Positions 1 to 12,282 of a DNA stretch of 64,000 nt are shown one piece after another. The stretch lies in NCBI RefSeq assembly GCF_018350175.1, contig NC_058368.1, forward strand, positions 170,936,001-171,000,000. The letters are read 5' to 3'. Numbering within the stretch: the stretch's first letter is position 1; every line of letters starts with the position of its first letter. The stretch is from Felis catus. Taxonomy: Eukaryota. Made by a program: the position numbers and the translations under genes. Below the pieces are notes generated by a model, which made no database searches, had not been told where the DNA came from, and worked only from the letters and a program-made list of their open reading frames with translations.

Positions 1-29
1 CATATACCAATTATTAGTACAGTGGGGAA

Positions 30-245
30 GGAATGTAGAATTAAGAATTAGAAAACTGGGTTTTCAAAAAGAAAAGAAAACTAGGTTTTCAGTCTCAACT
101 CAATCACTTAATATTTGCATAATTTTGGGCAAGTCGCTCAACTGTACTGAATCTAAATGTTCTTATCTTATCTATAAAATGGTAATAATAGTAGGAATAT
201 TGTGTGGCTGTAATAAAGTATACAAAGCACTATATCAAATAAATA
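30..245 (+). mobile_element. MIR SINE remnant
   Basis: MIR core-like 'ttgggcaagtcgctcaac...tctataaaatggtaataatagta'. Confidence 0.65.
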
Positions 246-419
246 TATGGGATTGCTTTTCGAACTATAAATTCCTGTACAAATATTTATCTTGTTATCA
301 ATACTATTTCCTTGAGAGAAAGGTTAATATGAAAAAAATTCTCTTTTAAATTTCTGCTTGAAGCTTAGAGATGCATATTTGTTTCAACGGTATTTCAATG
401 GTGTATAAAATCACTGCAA

Positions 420-635
420 GGGACACCTGGTGGCTCAGTTGGTTAAGCATCCAACTTTGGCTCGGATCATACATCACGGTTCGTGAGTTCGAGCCCCGCA
501 TCAGGCTCTGTACTCACAACACAGCTCCAGATCCTCTGTCGCCCATTCTCTCTGCCCCCTCCCCCTGCCCCTTCATCACTTATTTGCATGCTCTCTCTTT
601 CTCTCTCTCTCTCAAAAATAAATAAACATTGAACA
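420..635 (+). mobile_element. CAN-SINE (SINEC)
   Basis: tRNA-like head gggacacctggtggctcagttggttaag, B-box gagttcgagccc, (CT)n, aataaa and A-tail; degenerate TSD aaaatcactgcaag/aagaatcattgccaag. Confidence 0.95.
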
Positions 636-2141
636 AGAATCATTGCCAAGTTGACAGAATTATCAAATAACCAATCCCTCTTGGTAGTTAATGGAATAGA
701 AATAGTCAATTAGAGCATTTTGCTGACCTTAGTGACCAGATATCACTCTTTGGCACTTGACTTTCATGGTAGATAAAAGGAATTAACTGACACCCAAATA
801 AATCAGTTATGTAACTGAGGTCTTGGAATTAAAAAAATGATTTCATATACAGGAATACATGAATATATGTACTGTACATATGAATATATGTCCTAGCTTA
901 GATATATCTCTATATAGATAATATAGATGATATAGATAGGATATATTCTTATAGCATAATTACATCAATTTTCATCAATATTTTTTACCAGATCTTTTTG
1001 ATTCAAGATAGCAATTGAAGAAAGAAACATGTGGATAAGAGAATAAAACTTTGAATAATTTTGAATATAGGCCACATATTTATCACAGAGACACTGAATT
1101 GTGGAATTGGGAAGAATCTTAGATTTTGTATATTCATACCCTCCACAAGATTTCTTATCAGAAGTTTTCTGGCATCTGCTTGTGCATAGGAGAGTAAGTA
1201 TTCTGCAAGGTAACCTGTTCTTCTTTAAAAAATAATTTTTCTCTTCCATTTTTAAACAAAACTAGAGAAAATTCTTCTTTATTCTAACCTGAAATATCAT
1301 CTTAATACCTCTCTAAATTTTTGTAGACACAGACACATTTTATGGGGCAAGAGCATCATTCATTCATTCATTGAACATTTGTTGCCAGTTATCAGCTGGC
1401 ATTCATACAAATAGGCCCTGCTCTCAAGCCAGGTGCAGTCAAATTTGAGATAAAAGCAACTCAATTGTATGATTTTCTTCCAACACCAAATCCTCAACTT
1501 CATAGGAAAACCTACAGAAAGATCTAATTGACTCTCCTCAAATACTTCTGAGTTGATTTTGCAATCAAGTCACTATCACATTTTCCTCTAACTTCCCCCA
1601 ACCAAATATTGAGATAGCATAGGCATATCCAGAGGGTAGCAAGCAAACAAAATTTGTTATCCTTTCTCTTGGAGATTTTTCTCCAGCTGTCTATATACAC
1701 AATAAAAAGTAAAATGGACAAAACTGTAATAATTGAAAATTCAGGAAGCATATATTGTGTTGGATTTCAGGCAATGTTACCAGAAGATCATCTGACCTAG
1801 CGGAAGTTCCCCCAAGCAGTCAGGAAGATTTCTCCACTTTTAGGAACCCAGAGAGGAAAAGCATGCAAGAACAGAGGGAAGAGAAGGGAGGCACCGACTT
1901 CTGGCAGAAGCCAGGTCTGACAAAGCAGCTGTGGGATTCTGTCTGCCTCAATCTCCTCATCTGTGAAGGTGGTAATAAGGGATCTTTACGGTGACTTACA
2001 GCTCTACAAACCTGTCATTTCAACGCTCATTGGAATAAAATCAAATACATTTGGGAAAAATAAATGGAATCTCAATATCCCAAGGTATGACAAAGCTTCC
2101 TAAGGACTTTCGAGATCATTAATGTCTTAGAGTAGGTTTCT

Positions 2142-2569
2142 TGACACCAATTCAAACTAGATAATTGGAGCAGGTCTTGGAGAGGGCTGATTGCCAGAAG
2201 ACCTGCGAGCTGCACCTGGGCATTGGGCGTTTGGAGGCTCCTCCCCCTCCCCTATGAAGACCGAACATTCTGAGCACCTTTCCCACAGTGGGAGCCATTT
2301 TCAAGGAGGCAGCCGGGAGAGAGAAACGTGTTGTCGAGACCATGGGAATAGTAGATGTGACGGAACCCAATTGAGGACTCTATGTAAACTTTGCACTTTA
2401 AAATTCTGTCAGGCAAGTGCGGAGATTTACTCCTCTTGCCGCTGACCTACGCAGACCGTAAGTAAGCTCCCTTGCTTGATAACACGGCCACCTGCCAGTC
2501 TGGAGCGGCCTGCCCTTTTCCTTGCTCACTCCTTGCCCTGTGTGTACTAGAGGCCAGTTTACAAACCAA
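2142..2569 (+). mobile_element. Probable solo ERV LTR (~430 bp)
   Basis: GC/CpG-richer block starting TG, ending ...acaaaccaa, flanked by ttct/ttcc; LTR-like composition; family not identified. Confidence 0.5.
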
Positions 2570-3437
2570 TTCCGATTTCAGTTTTTACAGTGTATATTAT
2601 ACATGATTGCAACGTACAAGAAGCTGATAGTGTCCTTACATATTTGTTTCTCAGTTGATACAGAGTTGTGTTTGTTTTACTTTTAGCATATGTATGCTGT
2701 TTTATTATCTTGAGATTTTCAGTGACTTTGAGACTATGAGAAAAGCTAGAGAAATATGGGAAAATGAGACATATATTTGTGAAAGTACGTAATCACTGAA
2801 TTAAAACTTACCATCCTATCTTTTGTGGTTATTTATCTTTAAAAAAAATGAGAAAAATATACTAAACCTTGTCTTCAGTCTTGAATGGAACATTTAATGA
2901 TTTATGAAATGGTCTATTGGGTAAAAAAAAAATTTTCCCTTGAGTTTTCATATTTAAGTGTATAAATGTTTACATAACCAATAAATAATTCACTGATGTG
3001 AAAGACTGAATTGCTTCTGTTATCTTTTTGGAGGACAATCATACAATTCTTTGAGGCTTTCGGGTCTTGACTCTTTTGTTACAATTTGTTAGTTTCCTTT
3101 TTATATCTGGGAGCTTTCATTAGCCAGCCAAGGACCAGCTTTCTGAATTTCTTTTCCTTCTGACAACAGAGTTGGATCCGAAATCCTGCACAGTTTTGCC
3201 TGTTTGCTCATTGGCTGGGAGAACACATGGTCATAGACTGATTAAAACAAGACTTTTTGCAGAATGGGGTTGATTTTCCAAAGTGCAGTGATGCAGTTCC
3301 CCTCTGCTCCCCATCCCTACCATACCCTATTCGGGCTGGATTCATGAGAAGAAAATTGTTCCGTAATTCTACACAGCACATGTTGAAGACATGGGCACTT
3401 ATGGAAACAGCACGGCGGCAGGTGGGTGTAGTTTTTC

Positions 3438-3699
3438 CTTTTTTTTTTTTCTTATTTTCTAAAATTTATTTTTTGGTAACGTGTATTTATTTTTTGAGAG
3501 AGAAAGAGAGCGTGCACTAGCTGCTGGCGCAGGAGGGGCAGAGAGAGGGGGAGATAGAATCCAAAGCAGGCTCCACGCTCTGAGCCGTCAGCACAGAGCC
3601 TGACACAGGGCTCGAACTCACAAACTGTGAGATCATGACCTGAGCCGAAGTCAGACGCTTAACTGACTTAACTGACGCTTAACGCCACCCAGGTTCCCC
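3438..3699 (-). mobile_element. CAN-SINE (SINEC)
   Basis: Reverse SINE with perfect TSD tgtagtttttc (3427-3437 / 3700-3710). Confidence 0.95.
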
Positions 3700-3869
3700 T
3701 GTAGTTTTTCTTCGTATCTCAGGCTTGCCAGTGACCTTGGGCAAGTCTCATAGCATCTTCGTTTCCATGTGGTTGAACTTAACAGTATGAAGCTCCTTAT
3801 GGTTCCTTCTCTTATTATGACTGGCCTATTTATTCAACTTTTGGTCATTTTCCCCAAAGAATAACACTA

Positions 3870-5420
3870 TTTTTAAATTTAACTTAACTTCCAAAAATGA
3901 TCATACAGTCAATTTGGTGGGTTTTTTTCCTTTCGAAGTGGAATTTTATGAGATTTAACACCTGTGTAGATTCTTGTAACCACAACAGTCAGGAAACTGT
4001 ACTATCCTATCATTCGAAAAATTCCCTTGAGCTGTCTTTTTATTCTCACACTCCCTAGCCTAGCCCCTGAAAATTGCTGTTGTGGTTTCCATCACTATAA
4101 TTTTGTCTTTGAGAATGTCAGATAAGTAGAATCCTACAATATAGTACCTTTTGAGAATGGCTTCTTTCACTCAGCATAATGCTTTTAAAATGTATTCAAG
4201 TTGTTATGCGTATCAGTAGTTTGTTTGGTCCTTGTCACTATCCTAGTATCCTATTGTACGGATATACCACAGTTTGTTTATGCCTGTGTTTGTGTGGAAA
4301 TAGGTTCTACTTACATAAAAGGGTTAGAAAAAAGCTTAGGGCACCATGGGGCAAATACACCCGAGGCTAGCTAGTGAGATATTGTAATGATATCACGAAT
4401 AACTTGTTACATCACCTGCAGGAAATTACTTTTCATCTGGCACCAATGTACCTTGATCACAAACTCCACTTTCCCCCAGACCCTTTGCTTCTTACACACA
4501 CAAGTTAATGATTACTGTCTGATTGTTTTCTCCACGTTCACGTGTGTGAGATCTTGTTTTCTTCACATTCACTATGTAGGTAATATCTTGTGTGCTCAAT
4601 AAATACGGAGATGAAAGCCCTGTTTGGGGCTCTTGTCTCCTCCCAGACTTTAGCCCCTCTCAGACTCAATTCTGTGTCTGGTCTCTTGCTGGACAAGAGA
4701 GAACTCCAGACCCAGTCTGAGACATGTGCTCATTGAAAAACATTGAGTAATTTCCAGTTATTAGCTGTTATAAATAAATCTATGAACAGTGTTACAGGCT
4801 TTTGTGTGAAAGTAAGTTTTTATTTCTGTAGGACAAATAGCAAGGAGTGGGGTTGCATGGTCAGTGGCAAGGGTATATTTAACTTTATATAAAACTCTGA
4901 AATCATTTTTCAGAATGGCTATACCATTTTGCATTCCTACAAGCAGTATATGAAAGTTCTAGTTCTTTGTCAGCACTTGGTGTTGTCAGTATTTTTTATT
5001 TTAGCCATTCTGATGGGTGTATCATGATGTCTAATTATGGTTTTGATTTGCATTTATCTAATGGCTGATGATGTTGAACATCTTTTCATGTGTTTATTTG
5101 CCATCCTTATATCCTCTTCGTTAAAGATTCTGTTCAAGTTCTTTGCACATTTTGTAATTGGGTGGTTTGCTTTCTTATGGCTGAGCTTTCGTAGTTTTTT
5201 TTTTTTTATATATATTCTGGATAAACAGCCTTTGTCAGATACGTGATTTGCAAATATTTCCTTACATCTATGACTTGTCTTTTCATTCTCTTGGCAGTTT
5301 CTTAAGCAGAGAAAAGTTTTTAATTTGAGGTCCAAAGTATCAATTTTCTTCTTTACAGACCCTATTTTGGTGTCATTCATAAGAACTCTTGGCCTAACAC
5401 TAGGTCATTAAATTTTTCCC
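3870..5420 (-). mobile_element. Old L1 (L1M-type) 3' fragment, split by an LTR
   Basis: ORF 5054-5380 encodes L1 ORF2 C-terminal motif (EIFANHVSDKGCLSRIY...MANKHMKRCSTS); 3'UTR-like sequence at 3870-4290. Confidence 0.9.
4295..4724 (+). mobile_element. Solo ERV LTR inserted in old L1
   Basis: TG...CA ends, 4-bp TSD tgtg (4291-4294 / 4725-4728), AATAAA at ~4598; L1 sequence resumes on both sides. Confidence 0.75.
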
Positions 5421-5439
5421 AAAGAAGATAACTTTAGAG

Positions 5440-5810
5440 AAATGAAATGCTATATGCATAAGGACATTCTTCGTGGCACACTGGTGAGTGGTGAGAACTA
5501 GAAATAATATATTGCCACCAGAAAGCAATGGGCACATAAATTATGATGTCATCTGTGGCCCTTAGAAATATTTATGAAAACTGTGTAATACCACCACAGG
5601 GAAATAATTATGGTTTTAGTCAAAGTAAGACACAAATGGTGTGTGGCATCTCCCACAGTTACAGAAAATAAACCAAACATTAATTAGAAAAGAGATAAAA
5701 AGGAAATACACTACAAATGTTAAAGATAGGTCAGAGTGACTCTGGGTAACTTCTTCAGTTCTTTCTACCTTTCTGTATTTCCTTGGTTTTCTTTAAATAG
5801 GTTTATGAAA
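5440..5810 (+). mobile_element. Very old L1 (L1ME-like) 3' remnant
   Basis: Degenerate similarity to L1 ORF2 end/3'UTR motifs. Confidence 0.4.
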
Positions 5811-6064
5811 TACATCCAAAAATGAAACAAAATTTTAGTTAAAAAAAAAAAAAATTAAGTCTTGACATTTTGTCTCTGGTGTGCGACCAAGCACTGTCGT
5901 TTACTGAATCGGACTGCTCTGCCCTGGAGGATCGGCCAGCTGCCCAGGAAGATAGAAGCTTGAGGAGAAAGATCTTCTGGCCCTGGTTGGGGGGCAGTGG
6001 CCCCAGAGTTGGGGGGAGGGGATAGTAGGGGGAGGAGGAAGGGCGAGAAGAGAAGTTATGTTTT

Positions 6065-6308
6065 GTTGTTTTGTTTTCATTTGTTTTTTGTTTGTTGAGA
6101 GAGAGAGGGCACAAGTGAATGAGGGGCAGAGAGAGAATTCTACAAGGGGAAGAGAGAGACAGAGGGAGGGAGGGAGGGAGGGAGAGAGAGAGAGAGAGAG
6201 AAAAGCAGGGCTCAAGCTCACCTGAAGTGGAGCTAGAACTCAAAAATCTTGAGATCATCACCTGAGCCGAGGTCAGATGCTTAACGGTCTGAGCCACCCA
6301 GGCGCCCC
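6065..6308 (-). mobile_element. CAN-SINE (older SINEC)
   Basis: Reverse head ...gagccacccaggcgcccc, (GA)n tract, degenerate TSD agaagttatgttt/agaagcatgttt. Confidence 0.92.
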
Positions 6309-7138
6309 AGAAGCATGTTTGATAACAGGGGGACAGTGATTTGTAGCCTGCATGCCAGCAAACTCCATTCTTACTTCTCTGTCCTATCTGCTGCCTAAAT
6401 TTGCCATAAGCCAAGAGCTCTGGAAATAAGTGTAGATTCTTGTATGGATCATATTCAGCCACTTTTGAGTTCACTCTGTGTGTCCGATCCTGTGCTTTGA
6501 AACACCAAGAGGAATAATGGACAGCCTCTGTGTCGGATAGAGGACCTACCCTGTAGGCCCTCAAAATCCAAGGATTCCATCTGCCATGGAACACAGGCGA
6601 GCCACTTGTCATCACTGCAACAAAATAAGCCTTTCTCTGCTGGCGATGGCCTGCAGTTTTCAAAATTACCTTTCACTTAGTATCTTGCCTGATAGCCACA
6701 TGACTCCCCTCTCCTCCTCTCCCTCCCTGAGCTGTAAAATTGTGGTGCGCTTTTTCTCTTAAACATGCTTGCTCCATTTCACTCCAGGGCACTGATGGTT
6801 CCCAAGGAGATAGGTAATGACCATAGTGTTCTCCAGGAGGACGGGTGAAATCCTCGTTGTGGATCAGGAACAGAACCCAGAGGCTTTATGGGCCTGTTTA
6901 TCCCAGTGTTCCCCTCTCTACAGGACAGTCTGAGCAAACTGAAAAGCCTCCATCCACCATGCCTGACAAAGTTAACTTGCTCTGAGTTCATCTTAAAAAT
7001 CATTAGAACTCACTTGAATACTTCACACAGGAAATGCAGACGCCACCTGCAGTGTCTAAGAGGAAGCAAAGCACAAAGGCACTGGAGCCAACAGGCAACC
7101 AAGTCTGTCACGATGGATTACAAGGTGCAGACCTCCCG

Positions 7139-7153
7139 CCAGAAGGAGGCGCT
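7139..7153 (+). promoter_or_regulatory. Candidate CTCF core motif
   Basis: CCAGAAGGAGGCGCT versus consensus CCASYAGRKGGCRS; motif match only. Confidence 0.3.
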
Positions 7154-8533
7154 CTGGGACATGACCTGTTGCTGCCTATACCCTGGTCCCTTGAACCTTG
7201 AAGATGAGCTGTGCTGACGAAAAAGGGAGGGACTTATTAGTTTTCTTTTCCATTCATGCTTGTTTTGAAAACATTACATGCCTTGCAGATTACATGATAA
7301 TTATACTTAAGGGCTGCCAAGGCGCTTCAGGAATAATTATCATATGATTTGCAGGTTTTAGAGCTCATGGTAACACTTTAGTGCTGGGATGCTTTCTTTA
7401 GTCATTCACAGCAATTACCCTTCTCAAAAGTGCACTCACAATCTTAGATTGTTCCTTGAGCCCACTGAGAAGCCGAAGAGGCTAAATGAGATGTGTTCAA
7501 AGGAAGCAGGGGAATTTGGGGGACGTGATGCTCTACCTTGGTCCTGACTGGAAGGCTGGCCAAATCCAAGCCTTTATGAGGGCCACGTGAAGTCCAAGAT
7601 TTAATAAAAATGAACACCTGCTTGGGGGGGGGCGTTCTTAGAGTAGACACAAAAGTGCTTACTCCTTCCTTACTCTTCTATCACTATTCAAAGTGTGATT
7701 AAAAGTGGCAAGCCAGTGATTTTCACCACTTTACTGTAATTGTTCCCGATGTTTCTAACAAGGACCACCTAAGTGGTCAAGGCTTGAGAATTTTGCCCTC
7801 TCATCAGGTGAAGCTTTAGCTTATCATTCCTCTCCTGTGTGGCACCCTCTCCCCCTTTGGCACTGTAGACACCATCCTTCCCTGCTTGTGGTCCTATTTG
7901 TCTTTAATTTCTCTGCCACTTCCTTTTGCGCCATGCCAAGCTCCTGTGTGTGACATGTAGTAGGTGGTGGGTAGTTGTTTACTCGTATAGAGTACTGCCC
8001 AGGAATTGTGCTGAAAGGGTATGCATTCATGCTCAAGAAGAGCGTGTGCCATGTTAGAGAATGGTGTCTGGTTACATGTAACTCATTTTTTCATCACCTA
8101 ATCCCTACTTTACACCTGTTAAGTGACAACAGGCTGGGCACTGGGGTCACAGCCAGGAACCAAATAAGTAGAAGCAGACAGAATTTCTGCCTTTGGGTAG
8201 CCTGGTCTAGTGGGAGATGCTGGTAAGTAAAAGGCCATCAAAATAGAGCCTAGTAGGAGCTATTTTAGGGAAGCATAGGACCATGGGAGCACACGGGAGA
8301 TGAACCAGCTCCTGCCTTGGAGGAGGAGAGTGGGCCTCCCCAACTTTGAGGCTGAGACCTGAAGGAAAAGGAAGATTTGGAGAGGGTTATGAGGAAACAG
8401 GAAACATTTATGAAGAAAATTGCCTTCCAGTGAGCCTGGAGGTAAAAGTGAATTGGGAAGCTTTGAGGGAATGAAGGGGGAAAGCAAGGGAAGAGGCAAG
8501 TAAGGGGCAATCGATTCAGTGTCTTATGCATTT

Positions 8534-8683
8534 TTTTTTTTTTTAATGTTTGGGTATTTATTTTGAGAGTGAGAAAATGCAAGTGGGGGAGGCATAGAGA
8601 GGAGGGAGAGAATCCCAAGCAGACTCTGTGCTGTCAGCACAGAGCCTGACAGGGGGCTTGAGCCCACGAACCCAGACGCCCCC
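8534..8683 (-). mobile_element. CAN-SINE with internal deletion
   Basis: Tail/(GA) body joined directly to head end (cacgaacc|cagacgcccc); degenerate TSD agtgtcttatgc/agggtcttgtgc. Confidence 0.85.
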
Positions 8684-8977
8684 AGGGTCTTGTGCTTTTA
8701 GGAAGGTTCGGGTGGATGTCCAAGCAGTGTGCAAGCAGTGTGTGTTCAGGACGCTTTGACAGGAAACTATAGGGTAACTTGTTATAGAAGGATCTCCTGG
8801 AATTGAGGAATGAATACACCAGTTCCGCCATGGTGAGGAGAGAGGAGAGCGTTTCTGGATGAGGTCTGATGAGTGAGGCTTTATAGAAAATACTGTGAAT
8901 CTTCACAGTTGTGCCTTATGTGAGGCAACACGGTGGGGTAGATGTTTCCTTCCTCTGCAAGATCATTGATGAGATGC

Positions 8978-8992
8978 TCACAAGAGGGCGCC
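8978..8992 (+). promoter_or_regulatory. Candidate CTCF core motif
   Basis: TCACAAGAGGGCGCC, close to the CTCF consensus with CpG retained; motif match only. Confidence 0.35.
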
Positions 8993-9689
8993 CTTGCAGA
9001 AGAAAGTCCTCTGTCATCCATTCACATCCTTTGTCCCAACTGACACCAGCAACCTGAGGAAATGAAGGCCCTCATAGGGGCCCCTCTGCAGGAACCCCCC
9101 CCCCCGCCCCCGGATGACAACAGTGAATACACTGGCCCACTTAAATTCCTGTGCAGCTGAATCACAGGTGTGATTCCAAAACAAAAGATTCCTATTAGAA
9201 GTCCAGTGCTCTATTTTCTTACATCCTATCATTTTTTAGGAGCCTCAGATTATTTATAATAGCTTTGATTAAATTCGTACTTACCACATAGGCAATGAGA
9301 TACCTGTCTTTAGCATTTAGAAGGATTTAAGGTGAACCTTTTGGCTTCTTTCATTTTTACACCACACATATCACCATCAGGTCTTCTGTAAGACCAAGAA
9401 ACTGTGTCTTATTTTAGGTGAAATACTACAGTCGCTTAGGCATCCCTAGTAATATGCCTGGCACCTTAAAGTCACTTGGTTTCTTAGTGATATAATCTTG
9501 GAATTTCAGCCCATTTCCTCAGGAAGTGCTATTAGCAGTACAGGATGCAGAATTTAGTCTAATGAGTAGATAACAATGTGGGTATTTTAAACCCAAGTCG
9601 TGCCTTGGAGGACTGCTTTAATATAAAACAATAAATGGACCGTTTTTTCCTTGCCTAGAGACCCCTTACTGGAAAGGCACTCCCCTGCC

Positions 9690-9885
9690 CCTAACAGGTG
9701 TGGACCTCGTAATACATGGTAGATATCATCTGACGTGGCCCCTCACGTGCACAGGCCCTTTCCAAGGCTCTAGGAGGGTCCTGGCAACTTTGTATTATAA
9801 TTCTGTAATTTTTTTTCTTCAATGGGGCTCTCTAGATGATATAAATTTCAGGGTGTCCCGAAAAACCTTGCTTCTCCAGGCGTTA
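9690..9885. mobile_element. hAT-Tip100 (Zaphod/MER91/MER115-like) MITE remnant
   Basis: Recalled similarity of 'ttccaaggctctaggagggtcctg...ataaatttcagggtgtcccgaaaaaccttg'. Confidence 0.4.
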
Positions 9886-12042
9886 TTTCTATAAGGCCAT
9901 TTTGATATCCATTCTTTCAGTGGCAGAGCACCTGTCAGTCCCTGCGGGATTGGACACATCCAGGACAATAGCGATTGTTTTAAATTGTACGCATTTCCAC
10001 CAGCTTTTCTCCCCTGGTTGTTCTTTAAGGGGCTATTGTATCAAAGAGAAGGAAGGAAGTGACTAAGAAAAGGAAGTTATGCCGAAGTCATTTTAAAAGT
10101 GTATTTTTCACATGATAAAAATTTTTCCCAAAGTAGGGGTTGCGGGCCAGGCTACGGACAGTGTGGATGAAACGTGAATCTTTGAGGGGTTGAATTCCTT
10201 CTTGGCCCCACTCTTAATCTTCGGCATACACGCTGCCCTTTGAGCTTTCATGAATTTTCCCAGTGTCCCCTCTGCATTCCCAAGCTCACTTAATTCATGG
10301 TCTGTCTGCCTCTCTCTTTCCTTTTTCCTCAGCCCCCAGAGATGTGCATGCCTACTTTCTGCATTGCTGGCTTCATTTCCATCTTCGGCATGTGAGAGCC
10401 TCTGTGCTGGCTGCAGATATATTACCTCTGTTTTCCTGGAGTCCTTCCCATCCCTGCCTGTCTCGGACGGCTCCCTTCCACATTATTTTATTCTGTGTCA
10501 TCAGCTAGCAAGGCTGATGGAGACAGTGAACTTAGCGTGCTTTTTGTCTATCCCCACCCAGAGAAATCACTTCCAATGGCATTTACTCTTTGCAGTGGGA
10601 AGGCAGGAAAGAATCCTGTTCTTCATGGTCTGAAGCCCACAGCCGCAGAAGCTGTGTTGTTATGAAAGTTCCAGCTTCAGGCAAAGAGGGGAAAGAGTGT
10701 AGGACACACCTAAATACAGGAATGCACACATGTGCACACACATTTAAACGTGCATCTGGTTTGCCCAGAAAATTGATATGCACCTGGGTTCAAGCCCCAG
10801 GTTCAACCTCTTGCTACATGTTGGATATGTGCTTGTGAGGAGCCCATTTCCTTTTTTTTTTTTTTTTTTTTGACATTCAGTGAAGCTAAAAGCGAAAACA
10901 GCCATCTGTACTGCCTTTGATACAGTGGATTGCTAAAAGCTGTTCCCTGTCAGACCTCTTCTTCCAGCCTTGGCGAGGAGACACAGACACATATGACACT
11001 TCTGTCATCCACATATGAAACACACAGATTTCAACAGTCATATGTCCCCTAAAAAATCAGGCTAAATGCTAAATTATCCCCAATGGCTGGCTTTTCTTCT
11101 GTGGCCATACCAGAGTGGAAGGCATAAATTTTACTTTCAGGTTTTGTGTTTTGTGTGTGTTTTGTTTTTCCCACTGAGGGCACCAGACATTCTCTCTGAT
11201 CTTCAATTGTGTTCCATATTTTTTCATTAACACTTGCATTTAAGCAGCTCATTCTAATTCTTTCCGTTGTTCCTGTTCTGCGTGAACTATCTGCTGGCAG
11301 TTGCCATGCCAACTCCAAATCCTGGGGTCCTGCTGCTAGATCACAAGCTGCCATTAGCATATTTTTAATAGCACCTGATTGCCCTCCAAAGACCTTCTAG
11401 TAGCTGAACTCCATTAGCTCAGAGTGTCACGAGACTTAACTGCGTATTTACGGACTGGATCAGGGAGAGAATATGCTGAGCTACACATCTAGTCTCCAAG
11501 CTTAGTTTCCATGAGTGCTGGTTGGTTCCTTGGGCCTCATTCAAAAGGAAGATCATGTCAATTCGCGTCCATGTAGGTATCAACTTTTGCTTCCTGGAGC
11601 TGACTTTCCATAATATGGAATATCAGCATGACTCTCACACTTGTGGAAGCCTTCTCGCACTTACATTGAGAAACCAGCTGCTCCCCACAGTTTAGGGACC
11701 TGGGCAGGGACGATACTACCATCGTGTTCTTTCTAACTTAGACCAAACTGAGTGGAGGAGGCAGTACTGATCAGAAATCAGTTTCTCTTCAAAAAAGAGT
11801 TAGAGAATAGTGAATTAGAAGTGTTTCAGTAATTAAGAGTTAAGGAGACAGATTATTTCAAAGTACATGGTTAAGAGCTTTTGAAATTAAGTTGCTTTGA
11901 AGTTCTGAAGATTCTCAGCAGCCAGTGAGCTAAGTAGAAGAATTTTGACACCTCAAGTGAAGACAAGAGGAAGTTTTGAATTGCTACTAAAATTTGAAGA
12001 AAGGAAAAAGGAGTTAAACTGTGGTTAAAAACGGTTTAGTGA

Positions 12043-12264
12043 GGGGCGCCTGGGTGGCGCAGTCGGTTAACCGTCCGACTTCAGCCAGGTCACGATCTCA
12101 CGGTCCGTGAGTTCGAGCCCCGCGTCAGGCTCTGGGCTGATGGCTCAGAGCCTGGAGCCTGTTTCCGATTCTGTGTCTCCCTCTCTCTCTGCCCCTCCCC
12201 CGTTCATGCTCTGTCTCTCTCTGTCCCAAAAATAAATAAAAAACGTTGAAAAAAAATTAAAAAA
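12043..12264 (+). mobile_element. Young SINEC_Fc-type SINE
   Basis: Near-consensus ggggcgcctgggtggcgcagtcgg...cagccaggtcacgatc, CpGs intact, perfect TSD aaaaacggtttagtga (12027-12042 / 12265-12280). Confidence 0.98.
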
Positions 12265-12282
12265 AAAAACGGTTTAGTGAAG

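Noticed and set aside
5839..6663. Longest ORF in the track (274 aa, minus)
   Set aside because: Reads through a SINE (GAWVAQTVKHLTSAQVMISR, SLSLSL) and low-complexity tracts; no recognisable domain
7031..7217. Possible coding exon after cacacag
   Set aside because: Weak pyrimidine tract, unrecognised peptide, no partner exons
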